A stretch of 37,368 bases of DNA from Candidatus Limnocylindrales bacterium (GTDB lineage Bacteria > Moduliflexota > Moduliflexia > Moduliflexales > JAUQPW01). Both the position numbers and the translations under genes were made by a program. The DNA is taken from contig DATMBG010000006.1 in NCBI GenBank assembly GCA_035559535.1, forward strand, positions 124,001-161,368, written 5' to 3'. Below, one piece after another: positions 1 to 9,018 of the stretch (position 1 is the first letter of the stretch; each line of letters begins with the position of its first letter). The notes beneath the pieces were generated by a model that ran no database searches, was not told the origin of the DNA, and was given only the letters and a program-made list of their open reading frames with translations.

Positions 1-480
1 TGGATTACGATCTGGGTCTACGATCTCATATTTAAAATGAGAAGAATGGTAAGCGTATCGATCCAGAACATCGTTGATCCCTCGTTCTTCTCCTTTTCGA
101 TAGAAAGCAACGGCCTGAACATCCCGGTCCAGAGATTTGAGAATCTTGACGGTCTGATCGGACAGACTATTTAGCTTGGCCGTGGTAAAATCCCAACGAT
201 AATTATGCTTTACCGAGATGGCCTCTACAATGCTGATAATTCCTAAGACGATAAAAATCATGAGGGTTACATTGGCGCCATATCGGGTAGTGCGTTTTCC
301 AAGAAGCCTTTTAACTCCTTCAAAGTTAAAATAAATATAGGTCAGCAAGGCCAGCAGTCCAACGATTAAAAAGATCGAAGCTACAGGGGTCAACTGGGAT
401 CGGATAACATAAATTACACCACCACCTAAGGCCAGAATCAATCCGGCCAGACCTATTATAGAGGAATATTTTTGTAACAT
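1..480 (-). CDS. GldG-like ABC transporter auxiliary/substrate-binding protein (5' part; runs off the left edge)
   Basis: Not in the ORF track. Read by hand from ATG at 480: MLQKYSSIIGLAGLILALGGGVIYV...RTTRYGANVTLMIFIVLGIISIVEAISVKHNYRWDFTTAKLNSLSDQTVKILKSLDRDVQAVAFY. Shows N-terminal TM helices and the R-W-D-x-T...SLSxQT motif of the GldG family, and follows GldA/GldF-like genes. Confidence 0.85.
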   Translation of the reverse strand, partial: MLQKYSSIIGLAGLILALGGGVIYVIRSQLTPVASIFLIVGLLALLTYIYFNFEGVKRLLGKRTTRYGANVTLMIFIVLGIISIVEAISVKHNYRWDFTTAKLNSLSDQTVKILKSLDRDVQAVAFYRKGEERGINDVLDRYAYHSSHFKYEIVDPDRNP

Positions 481-569
481 GCCGTGACGTGAAAGAATAG
501 GAGCATGGGAGAATGGAGAAGTGAAGAGTTTCTCCCATCTCCCAGGCTCCTATTCTCCCTCTCTGTCTT

Positions 570-1340
570 TTAGCCTCGCCATCTATTGGACTCCAGGGAT
601 CTTAGGGTTAAAAACAAGAAAAACAGGGTAAAATTCAAGTAATAGATAAGATCTTTGGTATCGATAATGCCTTTGGCAAAGTTTTGAAAGTGCTCAATAA
701 TGGAGAGATGCCGAAGAACACTTCCCAGGGTAGGACCCGTGTTTTCGGCAGAGAATCCGATAACCCAAAATATGATAAGAACCCCAAAACTAGCTACTGC
801 AGCTATAATTTGATTTTCTGTCAGGGTAGAAATTAATATTCCCAGGGAAATAAATGCAGACCCCATCAAGAAAACGCCTAAATAAGCCGATATAAAAGGC
901 TTAATATCCGGCCTTCCTACCCAGGCGATGAGGATTGGGTAAACCAGGCTTAAGGCCAGCATGATGGCAAAGACCGTTACACAGGCCAGGAATTTCCCCA
1001 GTACCACTTCGATATCCCGAATGGGATACGTCATGAGCAGCTCAAAAGTACCCAGCCGTTTCTCCTCAGAAAATAATCTCATGGTAAGAATCGGCATCAT
1101 CAAGAGGATAATAACTGCCATATTACTAAACAGAGGGTTGACCACACCTTCGGTGATATTGAGATTGGCTGCAGCAGCCGGTTGTTGCATGGCTTGAAAA
1201 CTGATCATGCTATAGAAGGTGACAATAGCCGAGAAGAAATATCCTGTGATGACTAGGAAAATAAACAGGACTACATAAGCAATAGGCGAGTAAAAATAAG
1301 ATCTTAGTTCTTTTTTAAAGAGATAGAAGATATTCCGCAT
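570..1340 (-). CDS. ABC-2 type permease, GldF-like
   Basis: KKELRSYFYSPIAY N-terminus, TMRLFSEEKRLGTFELLMTYP motif, about 6 TM segments. Confidence 0.9.
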   Translation of the reverse strand: MRNIFYLFKKELRSYFYSPIAYVVLFIFLVITGYFFSAIVTFYSMISFQAMQQPAAAANLNITEGVVNPLFSNMAVIILLMMPILTMRLFSEEKRLGTFELLMTYPIRDIEVVLGKFLACVTVFAIMLALSLVYPILIAWVGRPDIKPFISAYLGVFLMGSAFISLGILISTLTENQIIAAVASFGVLIIFWVIGFSAENTGPTLGSVLRHLSIIEHFQNFAKGIIDTKDLIYYLNFTLFFLFLTLRSLESNRWRG

Positions 1341-1343
1341 GTT

Positions 1344-1431
1344 CTATTGTCTATCGTCCGTTGTGCGCTGTTTATATGGAGATGGAGGATAACAGGAAAG
1401 AAACAACGAACAACGAACAATGGACAACGGA
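1344..1431. repeat. Degenerate 7-mer tandem repeats in inverted arrangement
   Basis: CTATTGT/CTATCGT/CCGTTGT on the left and ACAACGA-ACAACGA-ACAATGG-ACAACGG on the right; the two tracts are complementary. Confidence 0.6.
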
Positions 1432-1432
1432 T

Positions 1433-2374
1433 CTATCCTTCCTCTTCGGTAACCAATTTGACAAAGACATCTTCCAAACTGATTTCCACCGGTCGTAACT
1501 CCAGCAACCCATTTCCACTCTGAACGATGGCATGTGCCAAATCCCGACGGACATCTCTATCTTTAGAAGCTTCAACTTCATAATTGAAAATATTTCCGGT
1601 TACCTGGTCTTTCCTTTGAACCCGATTAACTCCGTTGACCTCCTTCAAGATTTTCAAAACAGCCTCGGACGGTCCATCTACCTGAAGTAAAATACGTCGG
1701 GATGTCTGAGATCGAGAAGTAAGGTTCTCGGTAGTATCTTCTGCCACCACCTTTCCCTGGTTGATGATAACAACCCGTTGACAGATCATACTGACCTCCG
1801 GAAGAATATGGGAGCTCAGGATAATGGTTTTTTCGGTGGCAAGTTCTTTGATAAGATGACGGATATCGGTGATCTGTTTAGGATCCAATCCCATGGTTGG
1901 CTCATCTAAAATAAGAACTTCAGGATCATTGACGAGGGCCTGGGCCAATCCTACACGCTGCCGATATCCTTTAGAAAGGTTTTTAATCAATCGATTGGAT
2001 ACACTTTCAAGTCCACAACTTTTAATAACCTGCTGGATTTTTTCCTTCCGGAGTTTTTTAGGTACACCCTTGACTTCGGTTACAAAATTCAAATAGGCCC
2101 AAACCTCCATATCATTGTAAATAGGGACATTTTCCGGCAGATACCCGATCCTTTTTCTGACTTCCAGAGAGTCTTTAAAAACATCGTATCCCGCAACGGT
2201 TGCCGTTCCGCTGGTTGCCGGCATGAACCCCGTTAAAATTCGCATGGTGGTTGTTTTACCTGCTCCATTAGGGCCTAAGAATCCTAAGATTTCACCCTTT
2301 TCTACCCGGAAAGAAACCCCCTGAATAGCAGGAAGTGTTCCATAGTACTTGGTTAAATTCTCTACCACGATCAT
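1433..2374 (-). CDS. ABC transporter ATP-binding protein, GldA-like
   Basis: Walker A GPNGAGKTT, signature LSKGYRQR, Walker B LILDEPT, H-loop SSH. Confidence 0.95.
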   Translation of the reverse strand: MIVVENLTKYYGTLPAIQGVSFRVEKGEILGFLGPNGAGKTTTMRILTGFMPATSGTATVAGYDVFKDSLEVRKRIGYLPENVPIYNDMEVWAYLNFVTEVKGVPKKLRKEKIQQVIKSCGLESVSNRLIKNLSKGYRQRVGLAQALVNDPEVLILDEPTMGLDPKQITDIRHLIKELATEKTIILSSHILPEVSMICQRVVIINQGKVVAEDTTENLTSRSQTSRRILLQVDGPSEAVLKILKEVNGVNRVQRKDQVTGNIFNYEVEASKDRDVRRDLAHAIVQSGNGLLELRPVEISLEDVFVKLVTEEEG

Positions 2375-2588
2375 CCTTGATTTTCCTCCTTCCTAGGTTA
2401 TTGAAACTCACAGGTGAGATAAGCACAAGTAATCTCTTCATGTGGTGAGGGCTGAAAAAGTAATAACTTACGCCAAGCCTCTAAGTTAGATTTTAAGCAG
2501 ATTAAAAAGTTCCATCTTTTAATGCTTTAAACTTAAAACGATGGGATAAAAAGTTACCTTTGGCGATCTAGATTCAAGGTTTTTAATC

Positions 2589-2618
2589 ACCTTAACAGGA
2601 ACTTTTAAAACTTGTCAA
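2589..2618 (-). promoter_or_regulatory. Putative sigma70 promoter of the Gld-like ABC operon
   Basis: Minus strand TTGACA-18nt-TAAGGT with a TG extended -10 element. Confidence 0.4.
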
Positions 2619-2763
2619 GACTCCAATTATTGAGAGAGTTTATTCTCTTTACAATCCCATGGACTGGATTCAATTTTGAACCTGGCCATTAAAAGAAAAT
2701 AATTATAGTATTGATCGGAAAAACCATGGTTATTTCGTCTGTTTGATGGATAGAAAGGTAAGC

Positions 2764-4155
2764 ATGAGGGATAGTTTTAGATTTAAAAATTTCCAAAGCA
2801 AGCAGATTATTCTGATCTTTTCGAGTTCCCAGTTTCTCAGGTCCGCTCTCCGAAGTAGCCAGATCCGATATGGATTCCTGGGTTTAGGAATCTACTTGAC
2901 GATCTGGATGTTACCGGTTTATGCAGAAACGGATTTGCAGCAGGTCCCCTTAGTTCAGGTTTTTGATGAAGCCTGGCAGCGGATTGACTCGGAGTTCTAC
3001 GATCCTCACTTTAATGGCGTAGACTGGAAGAAAATGCGAGAAATTTATCGTCCTCTGGTAGAGAGAGCCGCAACGAGAGCACAGGGATATGAGATCATCA
3101 ACCAAATGATCTCGCAATTGAAAGCTTCTCATACCCATCTATATACACCCGATCAACCTGCGTATTATCAACTGGCTGCCATCTTTGGAAAGAGGGTGAG
3201 CGGGTACTCCCAGGCTTTTGGGGATAAAGAGGTTCGTTATACTGACATAGGTATTCTGACGGTAACCACCCCCCGGGGTATTTTTGTAAAAGGGGTTCTT
3301 GAAGGAAGTCCGGCCCAAGAAGCAGGGATTCAGGTAGGAGATCAAATTTTGGAAGTAGATGGGGAGCCCTTTGAACCGGTTGCATCGTTTCGTAATAAAG
3401 CAGGACAGCCTGTTCGTATTCTGATTCAAACGGCGGCTTGTAAAGACGAATCCTCCGATGAGTCCAGAACGGGCTCTTGTATCCGTCCGAGTCCAGAAGA
3501 GAAAACAGTCATTCCCAGGGAAGTAGATCCTAACCAGATGTTTCTGGAAGCCGAAAAGAAAAGTATTCGAATCTTTGAGGAGGATGGGATCAAGATTGGA
3601 TACATTCATATCTGGTCTTATGCCAGGGAAGTCTATCAAGATGCTTTTGTGGAGGCTATTATAACCGGAGAATTCGCCAAAGCTTCAGCATTAATCGTAG
3701 ATTTACGGGATGGGTGGGGCGGGGCAAGTCCTGAGTACCTGAACGTTTTTAATAAAAATGTACCTGTTATGACTACTGCCTCCCGGTCGGGAGATAAGCG
3801 TAAGTACGATCCTCAATGGAGGAAACCAGTGGTCTTTCTGGTTAATGAAGGTACCCGAAGTGGGAAAGAAATGCTCACCTATGGATTCAAGAAATATCGT
3901 CTGGGTAAAGTTATCGGTACGCCGACTGCGGGGGCTGTCCTGGCAGGCAAACCTTTTTATCTATCCGATGGGTCTTTATTGATGGTTGCCGTCAGAGATG
4001 TCTGGGTGGATGGCGAACGCCTGGAGGGAAAGGGAGTTCAACCGGATATTTACGTGGATTTTCCCGTGGAATACGCCAGGGGCTATGACCCGCAACGTGC
4101 CAAAGCCTTAAAAGTCTTGGCCGAAGAAGTTAAACAGTCCAAGCAGGAATCGTAA
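2764..4155 (+). CDS. S41-family (tail-specific/CtpA-like) peptidase with PDZ domain
   Basis: FYDPHFNGVDW, SPAQEAGIQVGDQILEVDG (PDZ), IVDLRDGWGG, LVNEGTRSGKE, GTPTAGAV, LEGKGVQPD. Start placed at ATG 2764 after AAAGGT; the ORF track uses TTG 2743. Confidence 0.9.
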   Translation: MRDSFRFKNFQSKQIILIFSSSQFLRSALRSSQIRYGFLGLGIYLTIWMLPVYAETDLQQVPLVQVFDEAWQRIDSEFYDPHFNGVDWKKMREIYRPLVERAATRAQGYEIINQMISQLKASHTHLYTPDQPAYYQLAAIFGKRVSGYSQAFGDKEVRYTDIGILTVTTPRGIFVKGVLEGSPAQEAGIQVGDQILEVDGEPFEPVASFRNKAGQPVRILIQTAACKDESSDESRTGSCIRPSPEEKTVIPREVDPNQMFLEAEKKSIRIFEEDGIKIGYIHIWSYAREVYQDAFVEAIITGEFAKASALIVDLRDGWGGASPEYLNVFNKNVPVMTTASRSGDKRKYDPQWRKPVVFLVNEGTRSGKEMLTYGFKKYRLGKVIGTPTAGAVLAGKPFYLSDGSLLMVAVRDVWVDGERLEGKGVQPDIYVDFPVEYARGYDPQRAKALKVLAEEVKQSKQES

Positions 4156-4160
4156 TTGAA

Positions 4161-4325
4161 GTATGAAGCTATGGGGGTGTGGGGGTATGGGAGTGTGGGA
4201 GTATGTGAAGTATAGAAGAATAAGTGGCTATCCCCACCCTTTTACCCTTTCCCACTTCTTCACTTCCCCACTCTCACACCTCCACATCCCTATACCCCTA
4301 CACTTCCATACTCCCACACTTCCTC
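4161..4325. repeat. Degenerate 8-mer tandem repeats (GTRTGGGA / TCCCAYAC) in inverted arrangement between convergent genes
   Basis: gtgtgggg-gtatggga-gtgtggga... followed by the complementary ...ttccatac-tcccacac. Could fold into a long imperfect hairpin. Confidence 0.7.
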
Positions 4326-4339
4326 TACCTACTGCCTCA

Positions 4340-7300
4340 TCACCTCACGATCTCCTTTATCCCTCGTAGAGGGATAATGGCCCAATCCGGGCGGTTGTTA
4401 AGTTCATGATGGAGTTCACGTATGGCCTTATCTAAGAGGAAGGTTTTTAATAAAATATCCAGTTCCTCAGAATCCTTGGGAATAAAGGGTGCGTTTTCGG
4501 TGGTCTCCAAATAAGATCTTAAAAAAGCGCCTCCCATAGACCGGTACCAAAAATCCGTCCAGGGTTCTAACACAGGAATATCTTCAGGCCTGAGAGAGGT
4601 ATGTTTGAGGAGAACAGTATAAGCCGCATAGTGGATGGATCTTAACATGCTGGCTACATCCCTAAGTGGAGAGCGTTTGAGTTTTCTTTCACTGAGGGCT
4701 TTTGTCGGATCACTTTCAAAGTCAATGATTACAAAATCTTTTCCTGTATAAAGGACATGTCCCAGGTGATAATTTCCATGGATTCTTATCTTTACGGTGG
4801 ATATTTTTTTCTGCAGGATTGTTCTGAAATGGTCCATCACACTCTTTTCAAGATTTAAAACCTCTTCCGCTTCCTTTCTTATATTTTGTAGGGAGCGTTC
4901 CGATTCAGGAAGCGTATTCAAATTTTTCCGTAAAAGTTGGAGAACCCTTCTTGCAGAGCTTCGCATAGATTGATAAACGGATCTTTGATAAAGGGTTGAG
5001 AAGGGTTCAGGGGAGAAGTTGGGGTCTTTTGAATTCGAAGCGAGTGCCAGGTGCAATTCGGCGGTTCTTTTTCCTAAAAGCTTAACCATCTCAAAATAAG
5101 CTCCTATAACCAGGTCTTGAAGGGAAGGGGGGATTTCAACTTTTAGAAGAGAGGCCGATAATTTGGGTATTTGCTGAATTTCGCTCCTTCGGGAAAGTAC
5201 CCGATCGAAATACCTTTCAACCGCATTAAGGGTAAAAGTCCAAGCATCTCCCTGATTTGGAACAAAACTTTGAAGGATGCCCAGGGTCATGGGTTGAGAC
5301 CCGGGTTTTCTATATTCTATAGCGCCTATAAAAGAAGGAATGTAGGGGAAGGACACAGTTTCTGTAAGAAATCTTCCTATCTCCAGATCTGGATGGGTGC
5401 CTTCCTCTAGATATCTAAACAATTTAAGGAAGAATTTGTCACCGTATAGGAAAGAAGGCTTTTGCTTTTCAGCATTGAGGACTTGAAATTCGCGGAGGGG
5501 TATTTCACCTACTGATCCTGCCAGGGTTTTAGAGGATCTTTTAGTATGGACGATAAACTCTCCTTGCTTTCCCTTTATTCGGTGTTTTCTCAAGATCATT
5601 TCCAGGAGATTTTTACGGAATCCCTCGGAATAGATACTATCATAAAGGATACCCTCCAGGTTTCTTCCCTTGACCCGGGCAATAATTCCCGGCAAAGAGG
5701 ATTCCAGTATCTCCTTAGCTTTTTCTCCCATAGCAAAGGATATGGGTAACAAATAGGTTTGGGGAGGGCCTTCTACATATTGAACTTCCAGAAGCAGGAG
5801 TCGGGTATCCTGAATCCCCCGTTCCCCTGAAGAACCCTCGATCTCTTCCGTCCGTTTAAGATCTTTTCCTATGGGAAGGACCTCCAAGATTTGAAGTCGC
5901 TGGATTTCCCGAGTATTTCCCTGGATATTTTCTATCCCGGCAAACCATTTACGCCCTTTGAGATAAGCCGGTAATATCTCCCTTTCAAGTTTTTCCATGG
6001 ATCTTTCTTCCAGAACTTCCCAGTTTGCCTGGGTTAAGACCCCGGCTACTTCCAATTCCGGAATGGTCCATACATTAATACTTTCTACTGCTTTCTCCTT
6101 TTGTAGCGAGAACCAATAGTAACCATAAGGTCCAAGGGTAAGTATGTAAGGAGAATCCTTAATAGGAGAAAATCTGTTTCCACTAAAAACTTCCTCCAAA
6201 ACATAGCCGGAAAGTCTGGATAGATTCAATTCCACCATTTGAGGGTACTTGGAAAGGTTGACCACTACTAAGATTTTCTCCTCTTGAAGGGATGGTTCAG
6301 GTTGGTAGTGACGGATAAAGGCAAAGACTTTGGGGTTGTCTGGAAGGAGAAACTCAATGCTTCCCCGCCCAAAAGCCTTAAAGCGCTTTCTCATGGCGAT
6401 ATATTTTTTCATCCACCAGAGTAACGAGGCCTGGTTTCTCTGTTGATTCTCCACGTTTACCGATTCGTAGTGATATTCGGGGTCTATGATAATGGGAAGG
6501 TAGAGCTTTTGGGGGTTGGCTTTGGAAAAACCGGCATTTTTATCTGCACTCCACTGCATGGGTGTTCTAACCCCATTTCGATCCCCCAGGTAGTAATTAT
6601 CCCCCATTCCAATCTCATCGCCGTAGTAGATAACCGGAGTTCCCGGAAGAGAAAAGAGAAGGACATTCATGAGTTCAATCTTGCGTCGATCATTTTCCAG
6701 AAGAGGTGCCAGCCGTCGACGAATTCCTAAATTGATTCTTGCATGGGGGTCGCGGGCGTACATTCTATACATATAATCCCGTTCTTCATCGGTTACCATT
6801 TCAAGGGTCAATTCATCATGGTTTCTCAAAAAAAGTGCCCATTGACAGGTTTCTGGAATGGGAGGAGTCTGTTCCAGGATATCGATAATGGGAAATCTAT
6901 CCTCCATCCGAACTGCCATAAATATCCTGGGCATCAATGGGAAATGAAAGGCCATATGGCATTTATCTCCATTTCCAAAATAACTTACGGCATCCTCAGG
7001 CCACTGGTTTGCCTCGGCAAGGAGCATTCGATTGGAGAACTTGCTATCTACATGGGCCCGAAGTCGCTGTAAAAATTCATAGGTTTCCGGCAGGTTTTCG
7101 CAGTTAGTCCCTTCTCGCTCAAAGAGGTAAGGAATCGCGTCTAAACGCATCCCATCCACACCCATATTTAGCCAGTAATCCACTACTTTTAGGATGGCTT
7201 TCTGAACCTCGGGATTGTCATAATTTAAATCGGGCTGGTGAGAGTAAAAACGATGCCAGTAATAGGCCTTACCTACAGGATCCCAGGCCCAGTTGGAAGT

Positions 7301-7753
7301 TTCAAAATCCTTAAATATGATCCGGGCTTCTGGATACTTTTCCGGAGTATCACTCCAGACATAGAAATTCCTTATCGTAGAGCCCGGCCTGGCTTTCCTG
7401 GCTCTCTGAAACCAGGCATGCTGATCGGAAGTATGATTTACAACGAGTTCTGTGATGACCCGTAATCCCCGACGATGGGCTTCATTTAGAAACTCCTTGA
7501 ACTCTTTTAAATCACCGTAGTCCGGGTGAATATTGAAGTAATCGGCAATGTCGTATCCATCATCTTTAAGGGGAGAAGGATAGAAAGGAAGAAGCCATAA
7601 GGCCGTTACACCGAGATCTTCCAGATAGTCCAGCTTTTCCGTAAGTCCTTTAAAGTTTCCTATTCCGTTACCCTTGGCATCGTAAAAGGTCTTTACGTGA
7701 AGCTCATAAATAATGGCATCTTTATACCAGAGTGAATCGTCTTCAAGATACAT
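4340..7753 (-). CDS. treS: Trehalose synthase (maltose alpha-D-glucosyltransferase, GH13) fused to a maltokinase-like domain
   Basis: WYKDAIIYELHV, DDGYDIADY, RLDAIPYL, AEANQWPE, FLRNHDELTLEMVT. The C-terminal Mak/Pep2-like domain (LKLFR, RIHGNYHLG, IIDFE, SPLRDVASMLRS) has degenerate catalytic motifs. Confidence 0.95.
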   Translation of the reverse strand: MYLEDDSLWYKDAIIYELHVKTFYDAKGNGIGNFKGLTEKLDYLEDLGVTALWLLPFYPSPLKDDGYDIADYFNIHPDYGDLKEFKEFLNEAHRRGLRVITELVVNHTSDQHAWFQRARKARPGSTIRNFYVWSDTPEKYPEARIIFKDFETSNWAWDPVGKAYYWHRFYSHQPDLNYDNPEVQKAILKVVDYWLNMGVDGMRLDAIPYLFEREGTNCENLPETYEFLQRLRAHVDSKFSNRMLLAEANQWPEDAVSYFGNGDKCHMAFHFPLMPRIFMAVRMEDRFPIIDILEQTPPIPETCQWALFLRNHDELTLEMVTDEERDYMYRMYARDPHARINLGIRRRLAPLLENDRRKIELMNVLLFSLPGTPVIYYGDEIGMGDNYYLGDRNGVRTPMQWSADKNAGFSKANPQKLYLPIIIDPEYHYESVNVENQQRNQASLLWWMKKYIAMRKRFKAFGRGSIEFLLPDNPKVFAFIRHYQPEPSLQEEKILVVVNLSKYPQMVELNLSRLSGYVLEEVFSGNRFSPIKDSPYILTLGPYGYYWFSLQKEKAVESINVWTIPELEVAGVLTQANWEVLEERSMEKLEREILPAYLKGRKWFAGIENIQGNTREIQRLQILEVLPIGKDLKRTEEIEGSSGERGIQDTRLLLLEVQYVEGPPQTYLLPISFAMGEKAKEILESSLPGIIARVKGRNLEGILYDSIYSEGFRKNLLEMILRKHRIKGKQGEFIVHTKRSSKTLAGSVGEIPLREFQVLNAEKQKPSFLYGDKFFLKLFRYLEEGTHPDLEIGRFLTETVSFPYIPSFIGAIEYRKPGSQPMTLGILQSFVPNQGDAWTFTLNAVERYFDRVLSRRSEIQQIPKLSASLLKVEIPPSLQDLVIGAYFEMVKLLGKRTAELHLALASNSKDPNFSPEPFSTLYQRSVYQSMRSSARRVLQLLRKNLNTLPESERSLQNIRKEAEEVLNLEKSVMDHFRTILQKKISTVKIRIHGNYHLGHVLYTGKDFVIIDFESDPTKALSERKLKRSPLRDVASMLRSIHYAAYTVLLKHTSLRPEDIPVLEPWTDFWYRSMGGAFLRSYLETTENAPFIPKDSEELDILLKTFLLDKAIRELHHELNNRPDWAIIPLRGIKEIVR

Positions 7754-8978
7754 ATCCTAAAGATTTCCAATTTCGTCCGGGTAGAATCTTCCCGAGGATA
7801 ACCGGATATCTGGCCCCTGTTGCCGGGGGAACATTGCTGGGAATCCCCAGGAAAGTCGCCCGGGCGAGTAAAGCAAAGAGAATAGCTTCTAAAGCGTCAC
7901 TGGAATATCCGTACTCTTCCACCGTCTTGACGGAAATAGACTCAGAATGAAACGCTTTCTGAAGCATAGCCATCAAAGTTTTGTTTTTAGCACCTCCTCC
8001 ACAGAGGATGAGCTCCAGAGAGCCTTCCCCTTTAAGGTTCCGATACCGATCAACCAAAAGGAATCGTCGGTAACTGTCTGCGATGGATTCAGCTGTGAAG
8101 GCGGTAGCCGTGGCCAGCAAATCCTTTGGAAAGATGCCCATCTCGTTTGCTTTTTTCAGTAGCTTTTGGAGAAACTCTCCGCCAAATTCTTCCCTGCCCG
8201 TGGTTTTAGGTGGGGGTTTCTTTAAGTAAGGATGGGCCATAAGCCAGTTGAGGAGATCTGGATGCACCTGCCCACCAGCCGCCATCTGACCATCTAAATC
8301 GAAGGAGAGCTTTCCCTGCGTCAGTTGGTTTATCAGTCCATCTATGATAAGGTTTCCGGGCCCGGTGTCGAAGGCGATAAGTTGATCTGGCTCTGCATGG
8401 GCCGGAATAAAGGTTACATTACTAATCCCACCAATGTTATTTACTGCCCGGGCCTTCACCTTATCCCGGAAGAGAAGATAATGGGCGTAAGGGGCCAGGG
8501 GAGCCCCTTCACCCCCTGCTGCAATATCCCTGGGACGGAAATCGGCCACTACCGTACAACCGGTCCTTTCTGCGATAATGGAAGGCTCTCCGATTTGTAG
8601 GGTGGATTTAACGGTTAAAAAACCTGCCTGGGGAGGTAATGCCGGTTCATATCGGGGTTCCGGCAAGTGATGAATAGTCTGACCATGGGAACCAATAAGA
8701 TCAATCTCCTCCGGTCTGCATCCCCCTCGTTCCATGATCCTGAGAGCCGCCTGGGCAAATAATTCTCCCAGGTAGAAATTAAGGTGACAGATTTGATCAA
8801 CTTTTCCTGCTTCCGGGGAGGAGAGTTCTAAAATTCTCTCTTTAACCCCCTCTGGAAAGGGATAGGTTTCAAAGCATAAAAGGTTTACCTGGGTCTCCAA
8901 ATCACGACCCGTAATATCTACTAAAGCCGCGTCAATTCCATCTACAGAAGTTCCTGAAAGTAGACCGATAACCTTCAT
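7743..8978 (-). CDS. anmK: Anhydro-N-acetylmuramic acid kinase
   Basis: IGLLSGTSVDGID, GSHGQTIHH, DFRPRDIAAGGEGAPL, NIGGISN, FDTGPGN, PPKTTGREEF, CGGGAKN. Confidence 0.95.
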   Translation of the reverse strand: MKVIGLLSGTSVDGIDAALVDITGRDLETQVNLLCFETYPFPEGVKERILELSSPEAGKVDQICHLNFYLGELFAQAALRIMERGGCRPEEIDLIGSHGQTIHHLPEPRYEPALPPQAGFLTVKSTLQIGEPSIIAERTGCTVVADFRPRDIAAGGEGAPLAPYAHYLLFRDKVKARAVNNIGGISNVTFIPAHAEPDQLIAFDTGPGNLIIDGLINQLTQGKLSFDLDGQMAAGGQVHPDLLNWLMAHPYLKKPPPKTTGREEFGGEFLQKLLKKANEMGIFPKDLLATATAFTAESIADSYRRFLLVDRYRNLKGEGSLELILCGGGAKNKTLMAMLQKAFHSESISVKTVEEYGYSSDALEAILFALLARATFLGIPSNVPPATGARYPVILGKILPGRNWKSLGYVS

Positions 8979-9018
8979 GGGACCAATAAGGAAGTTTTTA
9001 GTATCTACTTACCGGATA

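Noticed and set aside
326-538. 70-aa ORF on the minus strand
   Set aside because: It is an alternative frame over the real GldG-like gene that starts at 480.
1-2374. Evidence of gliding motility
   Set aside because: GldAFG-like ABC operons occur widely outside gliding Bacteroidota, and no other gld/spr genes are present here.
4163-4409. ORFs 4163..4369 and 4224..4409
   Set aside because: They are translations of the 8-mer repeat tract (low-complexity H/P/T/L), and both overlap the treS 3' end.
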